DNA from: Octopus bimaculoides | Taxonomy: Eukaryota | Direction of reading: 5' to 3' | DNA length: 64,000 nucleotides | NCBI RefSeq assembly: GCF_001194135.2 | Contig: NC_068983.1 | Coordinates: 58,506,405 to 58,570,404, forward strand | Part shown: piece after piece, positions 1 through 10,727 of the stretch | Layout: every line of letters starts with the position of its first letter | Position numbering within the stretch: the stretch's first letter is position 1 | Program-made: the position numbers and the translations under genes | The notes under the pieces: generated by a model | Told to the model about the DNA's origin: nothing | Seen by the model: the letters and a program-made list of their open reading frames with translations, nothing else | Database searches by the model: none

Positions 1-113
1 TTGTCAGTTGTAATTTCTAACTTAAATATCACTATCTGTATACATACATACATACATACCTACATACATACATACATACATACATACATACACTCATACA
101 TACAAAAATACCC

Positions 114-210
114 TGTTGTTGGTGTTAAAATTCCAATGAAGGAGCCTTGGATCTAGGATAGAAACCGGTTCTTTCTCTATTGGTAAGAAATCTTGAAATA
201 AACTGAATAA
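114..210 (+). repeat. Dispersed ~100-bp repeat; inverted copy at ~27600-27697
   Basis: gttggtgttaaaattccaatgaaggagccttggatctaggatagaaaccggttctttc...aagaaatcttgaaataaa aligns by eye with the reverse complement of 27600-27697. Confidence 0.7.
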
Positions 211-262
211 TCACATACATACATACATATATATATACACACACACATACATACATACATTC

Positions 263-316
<54 letters not shown>

Positions 317-339
317 TGTATGTATGTAAGTATCTCCAT

Positions 340-485
340 GATTGTCCACTAACTCCAAAAGTTTTTTTATTCTCTCTCTGTTTATTTCCTCATGTTCCTT
401 TCTGTTGAAGAGCGTAGGCTCGAAACATAAAAAACAGTTTCACCTTTGCAAGTGTCAAACTAATACACTTGCTTGTTGTCCATAA
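340..485 (+). mobile_element. Penelope-like terminal (pLTR-type) non-autonomous repeat with degenerate hammerhead motif at ~398-432
   Basis: ttt-CTGTTGA-A-GAGC-gtag-GCTC-GAAACATA-aaa, followed by aaactaataca. Same family as 43585-43660 and 60765-60960. Confidence 0.7.
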
Positions 486-886
486 AACTGTCTACATCTT
501 TTGTTTTTCTGTATATATGTACATATTTATGTATTTGTATATGTTATGTGATGTCATGTAATGCTTATAGTTTGGAGTTAAGAAGATGGGTGGTAGCGAT
601 TTGGAAATGGTATAACTGAAAGAGAAATTAGACAGGCAGAAAGAAGAAAATGTGAACAAACACACAATAAAAATCTGATCAAAATATAGACTATTTAAAT
701 ACAATTTACATAACACATGTTTCTGTGTGTGTGTGTTTGTGTAAACATAAAATGGGTATAAAACGATATTCATATAACAAAAATGTAAATAGAATCAAAT
801 GCTCATATAAAAGAAATTATATATATCCAAAAAAATGTTCGTAATGAAAAATGTCTATATTAATATACTTTTTATATGTATATTGT

Positions 887-1241
887 TAGTACCAAAGAGC
901 AATCTTGTATACAACTTAACGTGGATATGTGAGTAGAACGCCAAGTACCACATTATTATTCTTGAGAGATCGTCTCATCTTGGCAGAGAATGCATAAAAT
1001 CACAGACATAAACTGTAGCAGGTGAGAATCGTCTGTTATGGGTGCTGTGTCTTACATGAAATCACATGATATGGAAGTTTCAGCCCCCATGACAAACAAT
1101 TCTTGCCTGCTACGATTTATATCTGTGCTTTTATGACCCATGCGCTTATATGAGATGATCTTTCAAAGTTAATAAGGCAGTATTCAGCATTCTAACAAGA
1201 CATATCTGTTGAGGTGGATATAAAGACTACCTTTTATACTC
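887..1241. repeat. Degenerate ~355-bp foldback palindrome (MITE-like), centre ~1064
   Basis: 993-1047 matches the reverse complement of 1081-1135 at 45 of 55 positions. Symmetry continues outward (969-978 vs 1150-1159 and beyond). Confidence 0.85.
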
Positions 1242-1244
1242 CCG

Positions 1245-1276
<32 letters not shown>

Positions 1277-1411
1277 TGTATGGTGGTGGTAGTGGTGAAG
1301 ATGATGATCATGATCATGATAGAGATTGGAGATCTACAGCATATTGCAGAACGCTTGTATTAAACACACATGTACTTTGTTATATCTTAATATTTATATC
1401 CAGTGTTGAAA

Positions 1412-1797
1412 AATAATCCTTTCTACTATCGCCACAAGGCCTGAAGTTTGGAGGAGGGGGAGGAGGAGGAATAGTCAATCACATCGACCCCAGTACTTAA
1501 ATAGTACTTATTTTATACACCCCGAAAGGATGAAAGGCAAAGTCAACCATGGCAGAATATGAACTCAAAAAGTAGCAACAGACGAAATGTCGCTAAACAT
1601 TTCGTCCGACATGTTAACCATTCTGCCAGCTCGTTGCCTTAGTATTCTTTTCTTCTCTAGGCACAAGGCTCGAAATTTTGGGGGAGGATGCGAGTCAATT
1701 AGATCGACCCCAGTATGCAACTGGTACTTAATTTATCGACCTTGAAAGGAAGAATGGCAAAGTCAACCTCGGTGGAATTTGAACTCAGAACGTAATC
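1412..1797 (-). mobile_element. Two tandem tRNA-derived SINEs with a Meta/MESC-like central domain
   Basis: Minus strand shows A-box-like ggcaacgagctggcagaa, B-box-like gagttcaaattc and the central ttgcctttcatcctttcggg..ataaa.taagtac motif. Family name is from recall. Further copies at ~2110-2280, 14975-15195, 26770-26890, 40985-41310, 48535-48650, 52550-52765 (-) and 43240-43450, 44985-45185, 46395-46545 (+). Confidence 0.8.
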
Positions 1798-2606
1798 GTT
1801 GCCCTAGTATTGAAAAATAATGAAATCAGTCCATGTAAGATAGTATTTTCAGACCTACTACGGAAATAACTTGAAGTTTAACACCAGTTATTTACTGGAT
1901 GAATTGCATTTCAATTTTTTAATTTTTTAATATCACAGGGATTACTAAAATAATTACCACAGATATTTTGCTTTCTTGAGCCCTAGGACACATGTGGTTT
2001 ATTACCTGGTTTCCCTGGCGTCTAAATGACTGAGATCCCAAGATGCCCCAAATGAGATGCCAGCCTCTTGCAGGATTCATGTCCTGTCATTTTCATAGGA
2101 GGTGACAAGTCATTTGCATTGACCACAGTGCTTGACTTGCACTTTATTTTATTGGCCCCATGGAATGAATGACAAAGTTAACCTTGGCAAGATTTGAACT
2201 CAGAACATAAAGAGCCGGAAGTATTACTGCTGAAAATTTTGTCCAATCAGCTGATGATTCTGTCAGCTCCACTGCCTTCCGAGTCCTGCGCTTGAGTCAA
2301 TTTAATCGATGACACATCTATCCTTTCATTTTGACTCCCACTGCATTGTCATTGCGATTAAGAAGGCAGTGAAAGACAAAATTGATGATGTACTTTACAG
2401 CCAGCTTTTCTCTATTTAATAATATCCCTTTTAGAGATTTTGGCCTCAGGACAAATGGGAAAAATCCATATTATCGAAATTTCTTTATCTGAAGCTCTAC
2501 AAAAGAATTGTCATTTGTTCTGTAAGCCATTATGTATTTATGAGGCTTACAGCTTCAAGTTAACCCAATGCTTAAACTTGAATTTGGTTCTGTATCATCA
2601 TCATCG

Positions 2607-2640
<34 letters not shown>

Positions 2641-2926
2641 TATTATCATTATCGTCATCATCATCATCATCTTCATTGTCTAACGTCCATCTGCTTTCCG
2701 GTGCATGAGATGGTTTGACTTGATCTAATGAGTCACAGAACTACGCCAAGGCCCCAATCTTCAAGGTTTTTGTTTCGTGATATTGTGAGCGTATGGGTTT
2801 ATGGCAGCTGATGAAAGGCTTAAATATGATAGAGGGATGGACTGAGGTTCCTGATGTAGAAGAGATGCATGGCTACCCTCGTTGGAACAAGAAAAAAGAG
2901 ATGGTAATGGAGGTGAAGATGAGTGA

Positions 2927-3230
2927 TAGGCGTGCGGTTTAACAACTAGAGTATTTGGGCCTCAGTCATTAGGTCGTGAGTTCAATTTCCGGTGGTGCGT
3001 TGTGTCCTTGAGCAAGGCACTTTATTTCTCATTGTTCCAGTCCACTCAGCTTATCTGTAGTTCAAAGGACTAACCTTGTCACCTTCTATGTCACGCTGAA
3101 TCTCCCTAACAACTACATTAAGGAGACGCATATCTATGGAGTACGCAACCACTTGCACATTAATTGCATGAGCAGCCTGTTCCATTGATCGGATCAACTG
3201 GAACACTCGTCGTTGTAAACGAAGGAGAGC
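2927..3230 (+). mobile_element. tRNA-derived SINE with CORE-like segment; 3' part repeated at ~37655-37830
   Basis: B-box gtgagttcaatttcc, then gtgtccttgagcaaggcacttt. The tail (ccttgtcac...gctgaatctccct...ggatcaactggaac) recurs at 37655-37830. Confidence 0.75.
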
Positions 3231-3378
3231 CAGGCAGTGACAGAGGATCAGAAAAAGTCAGATATCAAAGCCAAACCAGTTTTTAATGAATGCTTTACTT
3301 AGATCATTCATCTTGATAAAAGAATCACCATTATCCCTTACATGTTCTTTTATGCCTTCTTTAATATGAAGATACAGA

Positions 3379-3775
3379 GGCGCAGGAGTGGCTGTGTGGT
3401 AAGAAGCTTGCTTCCCAACGACATCGTTCCGGGTTCAGTCTCATTGCATGACACCTTGTCTTCTACAATAGCCTTGGGCAGACCAAAGCCTTGTGAGTGG
3501 ATTTAGTAGACAGAAACTGAAAGAAGCCCGTCGTATAAATATGTACATATTTATGAGTGTGTGTGTGTGTGTGTGTATCTGTGTTTGTCCCTCTAAAGTC
3601 GCTTGACAACCGATGTTGGTGTGTTTGTGTCCTTGTAACATAGCAGATTTGCAAAAGATACCGAAAGAATAAGTGCTAGGCTCACAAAGAATAAGTCCTG
3701 AGGGCGATTTGTTTGACTAAAGCACGGTGCTCCAGCATGGCTGCAGTCAAACAACTGAAACAAGTAAAAGAGTAA
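3379..3775 (+). mobile_element. tRNA-derived CORE-type SINE (octopus OR-like), near full length
   Basis: Head ggcgcaggagtggctgtgtggtaagaagcttgc with B-box gggttcagtc, internal CA/TA microsatellite, tail ccagcatggctgcagtcaaa..actgaaacaagtaaaaga. Partial copies at ~5886-6010, 16725-16790, 23578-23705, 37345-37430, 60040-60150, 62640-62775 (+). Confidence 0.85.
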
Positions 3776-3794
3776 ATATATATATTGTCTTATT

Positions 3795-4046
3795 CCTTTA
3801 TTCTTTTACTTGTTTCAGTCATTTGACTGTGGTCATGCTGGAGCATCGCCTTAAAGCATGTTAGTCAAACAAATTGACCCCAGGACTTATTCTTTGTAAG
3901 ACTAGTACTTATTTTATAGGACTTTTTTTTATCAAATTGCTAAGCTACTGGGACATAAACACACCAACACCTGTCAAGAGATGGTGGTGGACAAACACAG
4001 ACAAGCACACACAAATACACACACACACACACACATACACACACAC

Positions 4047-4082
<36 letters not shown>

Positions 4083-4172
4083 GACGGGCTTTCTTTCAGC
4101 TTCTGTCTACCAAATCCACTCACAAGGCTTCGGCCGGCCCGAGGCTATAGTAGAAGACACTTTCCCAAGGTG
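3795..4172 (-). mobile_element. Same SINE family, 5'-truncated, tail-to-tail with 3379-3775
   Basis: Reverse complement of the tail and body of 3379-3775. Other minus copies at ~6055-6255, 11371-11532, 15885-16258, 33375-33580, 40830-40985, 42830-42950, 44405-44520, 45905-45990, 46940-47135. Confidence 0.85.
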
Positions 4173-4206
4173 TATCTATCTATCTATCTATCTATCTATA
4201 CACACA

Positions 4207-4310
<104 letters not shown>

Positions 4311-4361
4311 ATGGACTCTCCCGTTGAACATCTATTTGATAATTGCAAAAAGTAATAATTT

Positions 4362-4895
4362 AGCATCCAATGGTGGCACAAAAATGCTGAAACACTAGGT
4401 GTCACAAAGTCCCCTCACACTAATGAACCTAGTGTTTTGGAGATTCAATCATCTGAAAGGAGATAATAAGATAATTAAATACAACAATGATTAGCATATT
4501 CACATTTGACTCTGCGAAGATGTATTAAGATCGTATCTGTATATCATCATTTTGATTGTTGCTGTTTACAATGCACATGATGATGATGATATATCGGTTG
4601 GCAAATATCAACCTGAATTAGCAGATGAGTTGTTTGATGAAGTCATAAAAGAAGAACCATGAACACTTGTTCGATTCATTAGCCCAGAGTTGCTATGACT
4701 GAGGAGGCTCAATGATATCGAAACACCAGGTGTCACAAAATCCCTTTATGCTAATGAATCAAGTGTGTTATCAACACACTTTCATCTGAAAGAAGTTGTT
4801 CTCCAATTACAAAATACGACAGTGATTAGAATGTTCACAACTGAATGTGTCAGAAGATATTAAGATTGAATACGTAAGTCATCGTTCTGATTCTC
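4362..4895 (+). mobile_element. Two diverged ~200-bp direct repeats 331 bp apart, each with GAAACAC(T/C)AGGTGTC; retrozyme/pLTR-like tandem
   Basis: 4389-4560 aligns with 4720-4895. Copy 2 has CTGAGGA (4699-4705), 14 nt, then GAAAC-ACCAGGT-GTC (4720-4734). Confidence 0.6.
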
Positions 4896-5264
4896 ATTGT
4901 TCACTTTGCACGTACGATTTATTGTTCTAGAATATTCTAAAAGAGACCCCCTTTTTCTTGACTGATGTAATGATAGTTGCAAAACTGAAGAAGAAGAATA
5001 CAGTATTCTAAGACTGCAAAATAAGGTAGATTGTTAAATAAAAATGCAGTGATAAATACAAAATTATATAAAAGGAAACAAGCAAAAACAGAATATGTAA
5101 AAATATGACTGTCAATAAAACAAAAAAGGAAGATAATAGTTGCTGCTGGCATTTGGAATATTACTGTAGAATTATTAATTAATTGTTCATGTCTGAAGGG
5201 TAGAATTTGGGTTTTTTTATTTCAGCATTATGAACAGCAAAAGCAGCAGCATAAGAAGCAACAT

Positions 5265-5735
5265 GTGATCATCACCACTACCACTGCCACTACCACCATC
5301 ATTATCATCATCATCATTGGTATCATCATCATCACCACGAACCTCATCGTCACCATCAGCATCATCAATATCATCACTGTCGTTGTCGTCATCACCATCG
5401 TCACCATCGTCACCATCATCACCATCGTTACCATCATCATCAATATCATCATCATCGTCACCATCATCAACGTCACCATCATCATCATAACCATCATCAT
5501 CGTCACCATCATCACCATTATCACCATCATCATCATCGTCACCATTATCATCATCATCACCTCCACCACCATCATCATCGTTGTCATTATCATCGTCACC
5601 ATCATCGTCACCATCATCGTCGTCATCACCATCGTCACCATCATCACCATAATCATCGTCGTCATTGTCACCATCAACATCGTCACCATCATCGTCGTCG
5701 TTGTCATCATTGTCATCATCATACCACTGCCATCC
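5265..5735. repeat. Degenerate (CAT/CAC/CGT)n trinucleotide repeat
   Basis: Direct reading; explains the poly-I/T and poly-M ORFs. Confidence 0.95.
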
Positions 5736-6021
5736 TTCTTATCATGATCCCTGCTGCCGCCACCAAAATACAAAATGATATTTGAAACATAAATAACGAA
5801 ATGGCAAAAATATTTACACTTTCTCTCTCAATTTGACATCTTTTTTCAATCTCTTACAACTATGGCTATGCCATAAAAAGCAGCACGTGGCATGGGTGTG
5901 TGCACAACAAGTTCACTTTTCAAGCATGTGGTTTCAGGTTCAGTCCCACTGTGCAGTACCTTGGGCAAGTGCCTTCTACCTTCTACCATAGCCCTGAGCC
6001 AACTACTGCCACGTGAGAAAG

Positions 6022-6057
<36 letters not shown>

Positions 6058-6269
6058 TTTTATTCTTTTATTTCTTTCAGTCATTTGAGTGCGGCCATGC
6101 TGGAGCACCACCTTTAGTCGAGCAAATTGTCCTTGGAACTTAGCTTTGTAAGCCTAGTACTTATTCTATCGGTTTCTTTTGACGAACCGTTATGTTATTA
6201 ATGCATGAGCATCGGTTGTCAAGGGATTGTGGGGGGACAAACACAGACACACAAATATATATACACATG

Positions 6270-6311
<42 letters not shown>

Positions 6312-7084
6312 NNNNNNNNNNNNNNNNNNNNNNNNNNNNNNNNNNNNNNNNNNNNNNNNNNNNNNNNNNNNNNNNNNNNNNNNNNNNNNNNNNNNNNNNN
6401 NNNNNNNNNNNNNNNNNNNNNNNNNNNNNNNNNNNNNNNNNNNNNNNNNNNNNNNNNNNNNNNNNNNNNNNNNNNNNNNNNNNNNNNNNNNNNNNNNNNN
6501 NNNNNNNNNNNNNNNNNNNNNNNNNNNNNNNNNNNNNNNNNNNNNNNNNNNNNNNNNNNNNNNNNNNNNNNNNNNNNNNNNNNNNNNNNNNNNNNNNNNN
6601 NNNNNNNNNNNNNNNNNNNNNNNNNNNNNNNNNNNNNNNNNNNNNNNNNNNNNNNNNNNNNNNNNNNNNNNNNNNNNNNNNNNNNNNNNNNNNNNNNNNN
6701 NNNNNNNNNNNNNNNNNNNNNNNNNNNNNNNNNNNNNNNNNNNNNNNNNNNNNNNNNNNNNNNNNNNNNNNNNNNNNNNNNNNNNNNNNNNNNNNNNNNN
6801 NNNNNNNNNNNNNNNNNNNNNNNNNNNNNNNNNNNNNNNNNNNNNNNNNNNNNNNNNNNNNNNNNNNNNNNNATATATATATATATATAACAACAGATGG
6901 ATAATGTGTCAATTCACTACAGCTGCTTCCAACGAATTTTTAATTGATTAATGGACACATTACATCATTAGAAAAAAGAACTTTTTCATCAGGTTAATCA
7001 TTCTGGCCCTAGCAAGGCTCATAGAAAGATGACGGTACATATGTCGTTGATTTCTGAATGTTTGCAAATGTGGTTTGAGTGCCT

Positions 7085-7305
7085 TTTTTAAAATTTCTTG
7101 CCCTTTGAGCTAAGCAAAGCTTGCATAGTTTGCTTCCTGGCTGTTGAAGGAGCTTCCATTTAATTCTGTATGGGCTTCCTTCTTCATTTAAGCGCCATAC
7201 ATTGCTGGTCAGGGACGTGATGTTGCTCCTTTCCGGTATCCTAAAAGAGTGCTTATGGTTGTTCAAACATTGCTTAAATGAGGGCATGGTTGAGCTGACA
7301 TATTT
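7085..7305 (-). mobile_element. Penelope-like GIY-YIG endonuclease remnant
   Basis: KYVSSTMPSFKQCLNNHKHSFR..TSLTSNVWRLNEEGSPYRIKWKLLQQPGSKLCKLCLAQ matches the recalled PLE pattern YIG..FKxRxxNHKxSF..TxLSxxVWxLK..WxIL..GSKxCxLCLxE. Confidence 0.85.
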
Positions 7306-7879
7306 TCATGTCTATGAATTGGATGCACTATCACCGCTGATTTTTGTTTCTTTAACTCCGTTTCTGATGTCATTATTATTGCCAGTGTCACTGCTGGTGC
7401 TGATATTCCAAGATATGAGGCTGGTTGTTCGCTGTTGCTGGTGTAGCGGTCATTTCCAGCTGTAAATTGGGTGCTGCTTCTGCTGGGGTAACTGTTGGTG
7501 TTGATGTCACTGCTGCTTGAAATGCTGCTGTAACTGCTACCATTGTTGTCGATGGATGCATCATTCCCACTTGTGCTGTTACTTTGGCCACTGCCACCAC
7601 CATTTTTTCGTTGTTGTTGTTAGTGGTGCATGTGCTGTTTCTGCTTAGGCTGTTACTCTGACTGCCAGTGGCAAGTACCTCCTCAGTCTCATACATGAAC
7701 CCCTCGGTGGGGAATGTTACATTGCTCGGAAACAGTGAGGTTTAGCGACAGGAAGGGCATTCAGCCACAGAAAATCTACCACAGTAAATTTCGTCTGACA
7801 TATACCAGGATTGAAACATGGACGTTACAGTGAAAATGAGGAGCAGGAGGATAAAAATGAGGAGCAGGACGACAACGGA

Positions 7880-7991
7880 ACAACGATGACGATGGCGATG
7901 ATGATGATGTTGAGAATGATGAAGACAAAGATGTTGATGATGATTACTATGAATATGATGATGATGACGATGATAATCATGATGATGTTGG

Positions 7992-8039
<48 letters not shown>

Positions 8040-8200
8040 CGATGATGATGACAATGATGATGATGATGATGATGATGACGACGATGATGATCATGATCAT
8101 GATGGTGGTGATGGTGATGATGAGGATAATGACGACAACGATGATGATGATTATGATGGTGTTGTTGGTGGTGATGGTGATGACCTTGATGATGATGATG
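7880..8200. repeat. (GAT)n microsatellite, degenerate
   Basis: Direct reading. Confidence 0.95.
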
Positions 8201-8398
8201 CATCTATGGCCACTTCCTTGTTTTCCATTCCTCTTTAAAATGTGCTCAGTACGTTTTCGTTTGTTTTCTTTTTGCGTTTGTCGTCTAGACTGAAACCGAA
8301 TCTTTTATTTATTCACATCACTGCATGTGTCTCGGGTTTCAGACACAAGCCACTTTAACTGTCCAAGTTGCATATGCAGACAGTAACAGCAGTCGTAC

Positions 8399-8866
<468 letters not shown>

Positions 8867-8983
8867 CCAGGAAAGTATTAGATAGCTGAAAAGAATGGAT
8901 AGCATGGTACCATAGGCTGCATGTAGCAAGCCTGCTACGCATGTAAGACTCCAGGTGCACCAACAAAACTTGTGATAAAGAGA

Positions 8984-8984
<1 letters not shown>
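8867..8984 (+). mobile_element. 3'-terminal fragment of an RLE-type (R4/Dong-like) LINE embedded in (TAA)n
   Basis: Reads RKVLDS* (typical RLE ORF end ILRKVL), then ~95 bp unique sequence ending in (TAA)n; flanked by TAA on both sides. Confidence 0.45.
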
Positions 8985-9052
<68 letters not shown>

Positions 9053-9500
9053 TTCTCTGGTGTCAGTATGTATAGAGAATTATTTGTAACATGATTTGTG
9101 TAATAGATGCTAAATATCCCTCTCAAGTAAATTGTTTGTGAAGTGTTTACTGTTGTCGATTGTTTTCCTGTATGGACAATTCATGTCTAATACTTGCTAC
9201 AACAACATCGATGTTTATACAAAGTGATTTATTTGCTATCAGTTTTTTCCCTTTTAATGCTAATATCAGATTTTCATATGTGTCAATGCTGTAGTATGAA
9301 GTGGCTTTCGTTTTTTCTGCCTTTATTTTATCTTTTTTGCGGAGGACGCGTCTCTTTTTGTTTCCAAACATGGCAAAGTTTGGAGAGACGTTCTCTTCAA
9401 GTGAATATAGCTAATTACTTATTGATGAATGCATGTTGTCAAGTAAAAAGTTAACTAATTGACTTAATACACATACATATAAAGAGATATATATTTTTAG

Positions 9501-9560
<60 letters not shown>

Positions 9561-10214
9561 TGATTGATTGATTGATAGATAGATAGATAGATAGAGAGAT
9601 ATATAGATAGATNNNNNNNNNNNNNNNNNNNNNNNNNNNNNNNNNNNNNNNNNNNNNNNNNNNNNNNNNNNNNNNNNNNNNNNNNNNNNNNNNNNNNNNN
9701 NNNNNNNNNNNNNNNNNNNNNNNNNNNNNNNNNNNNNNNNNNNNNNNNNNNNNNNNNNNNNNNNNNNNNNNNNNNNNNNNNNNNNNNNNNNNNNNNNNNN
9801 NNNNNNNNNNNNNNNNNNNNNNNNNNNNNNNNNNNNNNNNNNNNNNNNNNNNNNNNNNNNNNNNNNNNNNNNNNNNNNNNNNNNNNNNNNNNNNNNNNNN
9901 NNNNNNNNNNNNNNNNNNNNNNNNNNNNNNNNNNNNNNNNNNNNNNNNNNNNNNNNNNNNNNNNNNNNNNNNNNNNNNNNNNNNNNNNNNNNNNNNNNNN
10001 NNNNNNNNNNNNNNNNNNNNNNNNNNNNNNNNNNNNNNNNNNNNNNNNNNNNNNNNNNNNNNNNNNNNNNNNNNNNNNNNNNNNNNNNNNNNNNNNNNNN
10101 NNNNNNNNNNNNNNNNNNNNNNNNNNNNNNNNNNNNNNNNNNNNNNNNNNNNNNNNNNNNNNNNNNNNNNNNNNNNNNNNNNNNNNNNNNNNNNNNNNNN
10201 NNNNNNNNNNNNNN

Positions 10215-10306
<92 letters not shown>

Positions 10307-10603
10307 CATTCCTCATTTATATACCTCTTCATTCCAACAAAAATACAATAATCTTAAGCTAGATTGATTCTTTTAAATTTCACTATTATTTCTCTTTTGA
10401 TAATTTTCTCTGTTCTCTGTTTATACTTTATCTAATAAGAATAATATAATACACCTAATAAATAATAATAATTAATTCCTTTGTATGCATATACATATAA
10501 ACGTATAGATATGAATTTGTGTATATTTATGTAGATGTATGTATATGTAAAAGTGTGTATATATGTATTCATATTTATAACTTGACCCTATGAACTTTCT
10601 AAA

Positions 10604-10727
10604 CTCTCTGACGAATCCCAGAGGCACATCCAAGTACCTTAATCTTATCAACCAAATACTTCAGTTCACTGAAGGGATGGAAGCAAAGTGGGGTATTAAG
10701 ACCTCTTGGTTACAACAGCTGTAAGAA
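10604..10727 (+). ncRNA. Degenerate hammerhead-like motif with long stem II
   Basis: CTGACGA (10608-10614); atcccagagg/cctcttggtt pairing with inner cttaat/attaag and cttcagt/actgaag helices; palindrome ACAGCTGT (10715-10722) + A. The GAAA is decayed (tacaac). Confidence 0.45.

Noticed and set aside
137-178. CCAATGA...GAAACCGGTT hammerhead look-alike
   Set aside because: The core deviates at several positions and no stem I forms.
6902-6992. Minus-strand GAAGCAGCTGTA with aattc/gaatt flanks, a taatgtgtc/gacacatta hairpin and a nearby CTGATGA
   Set aside because: Probably a deleted HHR relic behind the 7085 EN, but core and stem II cannot be assembled, so it is not called.
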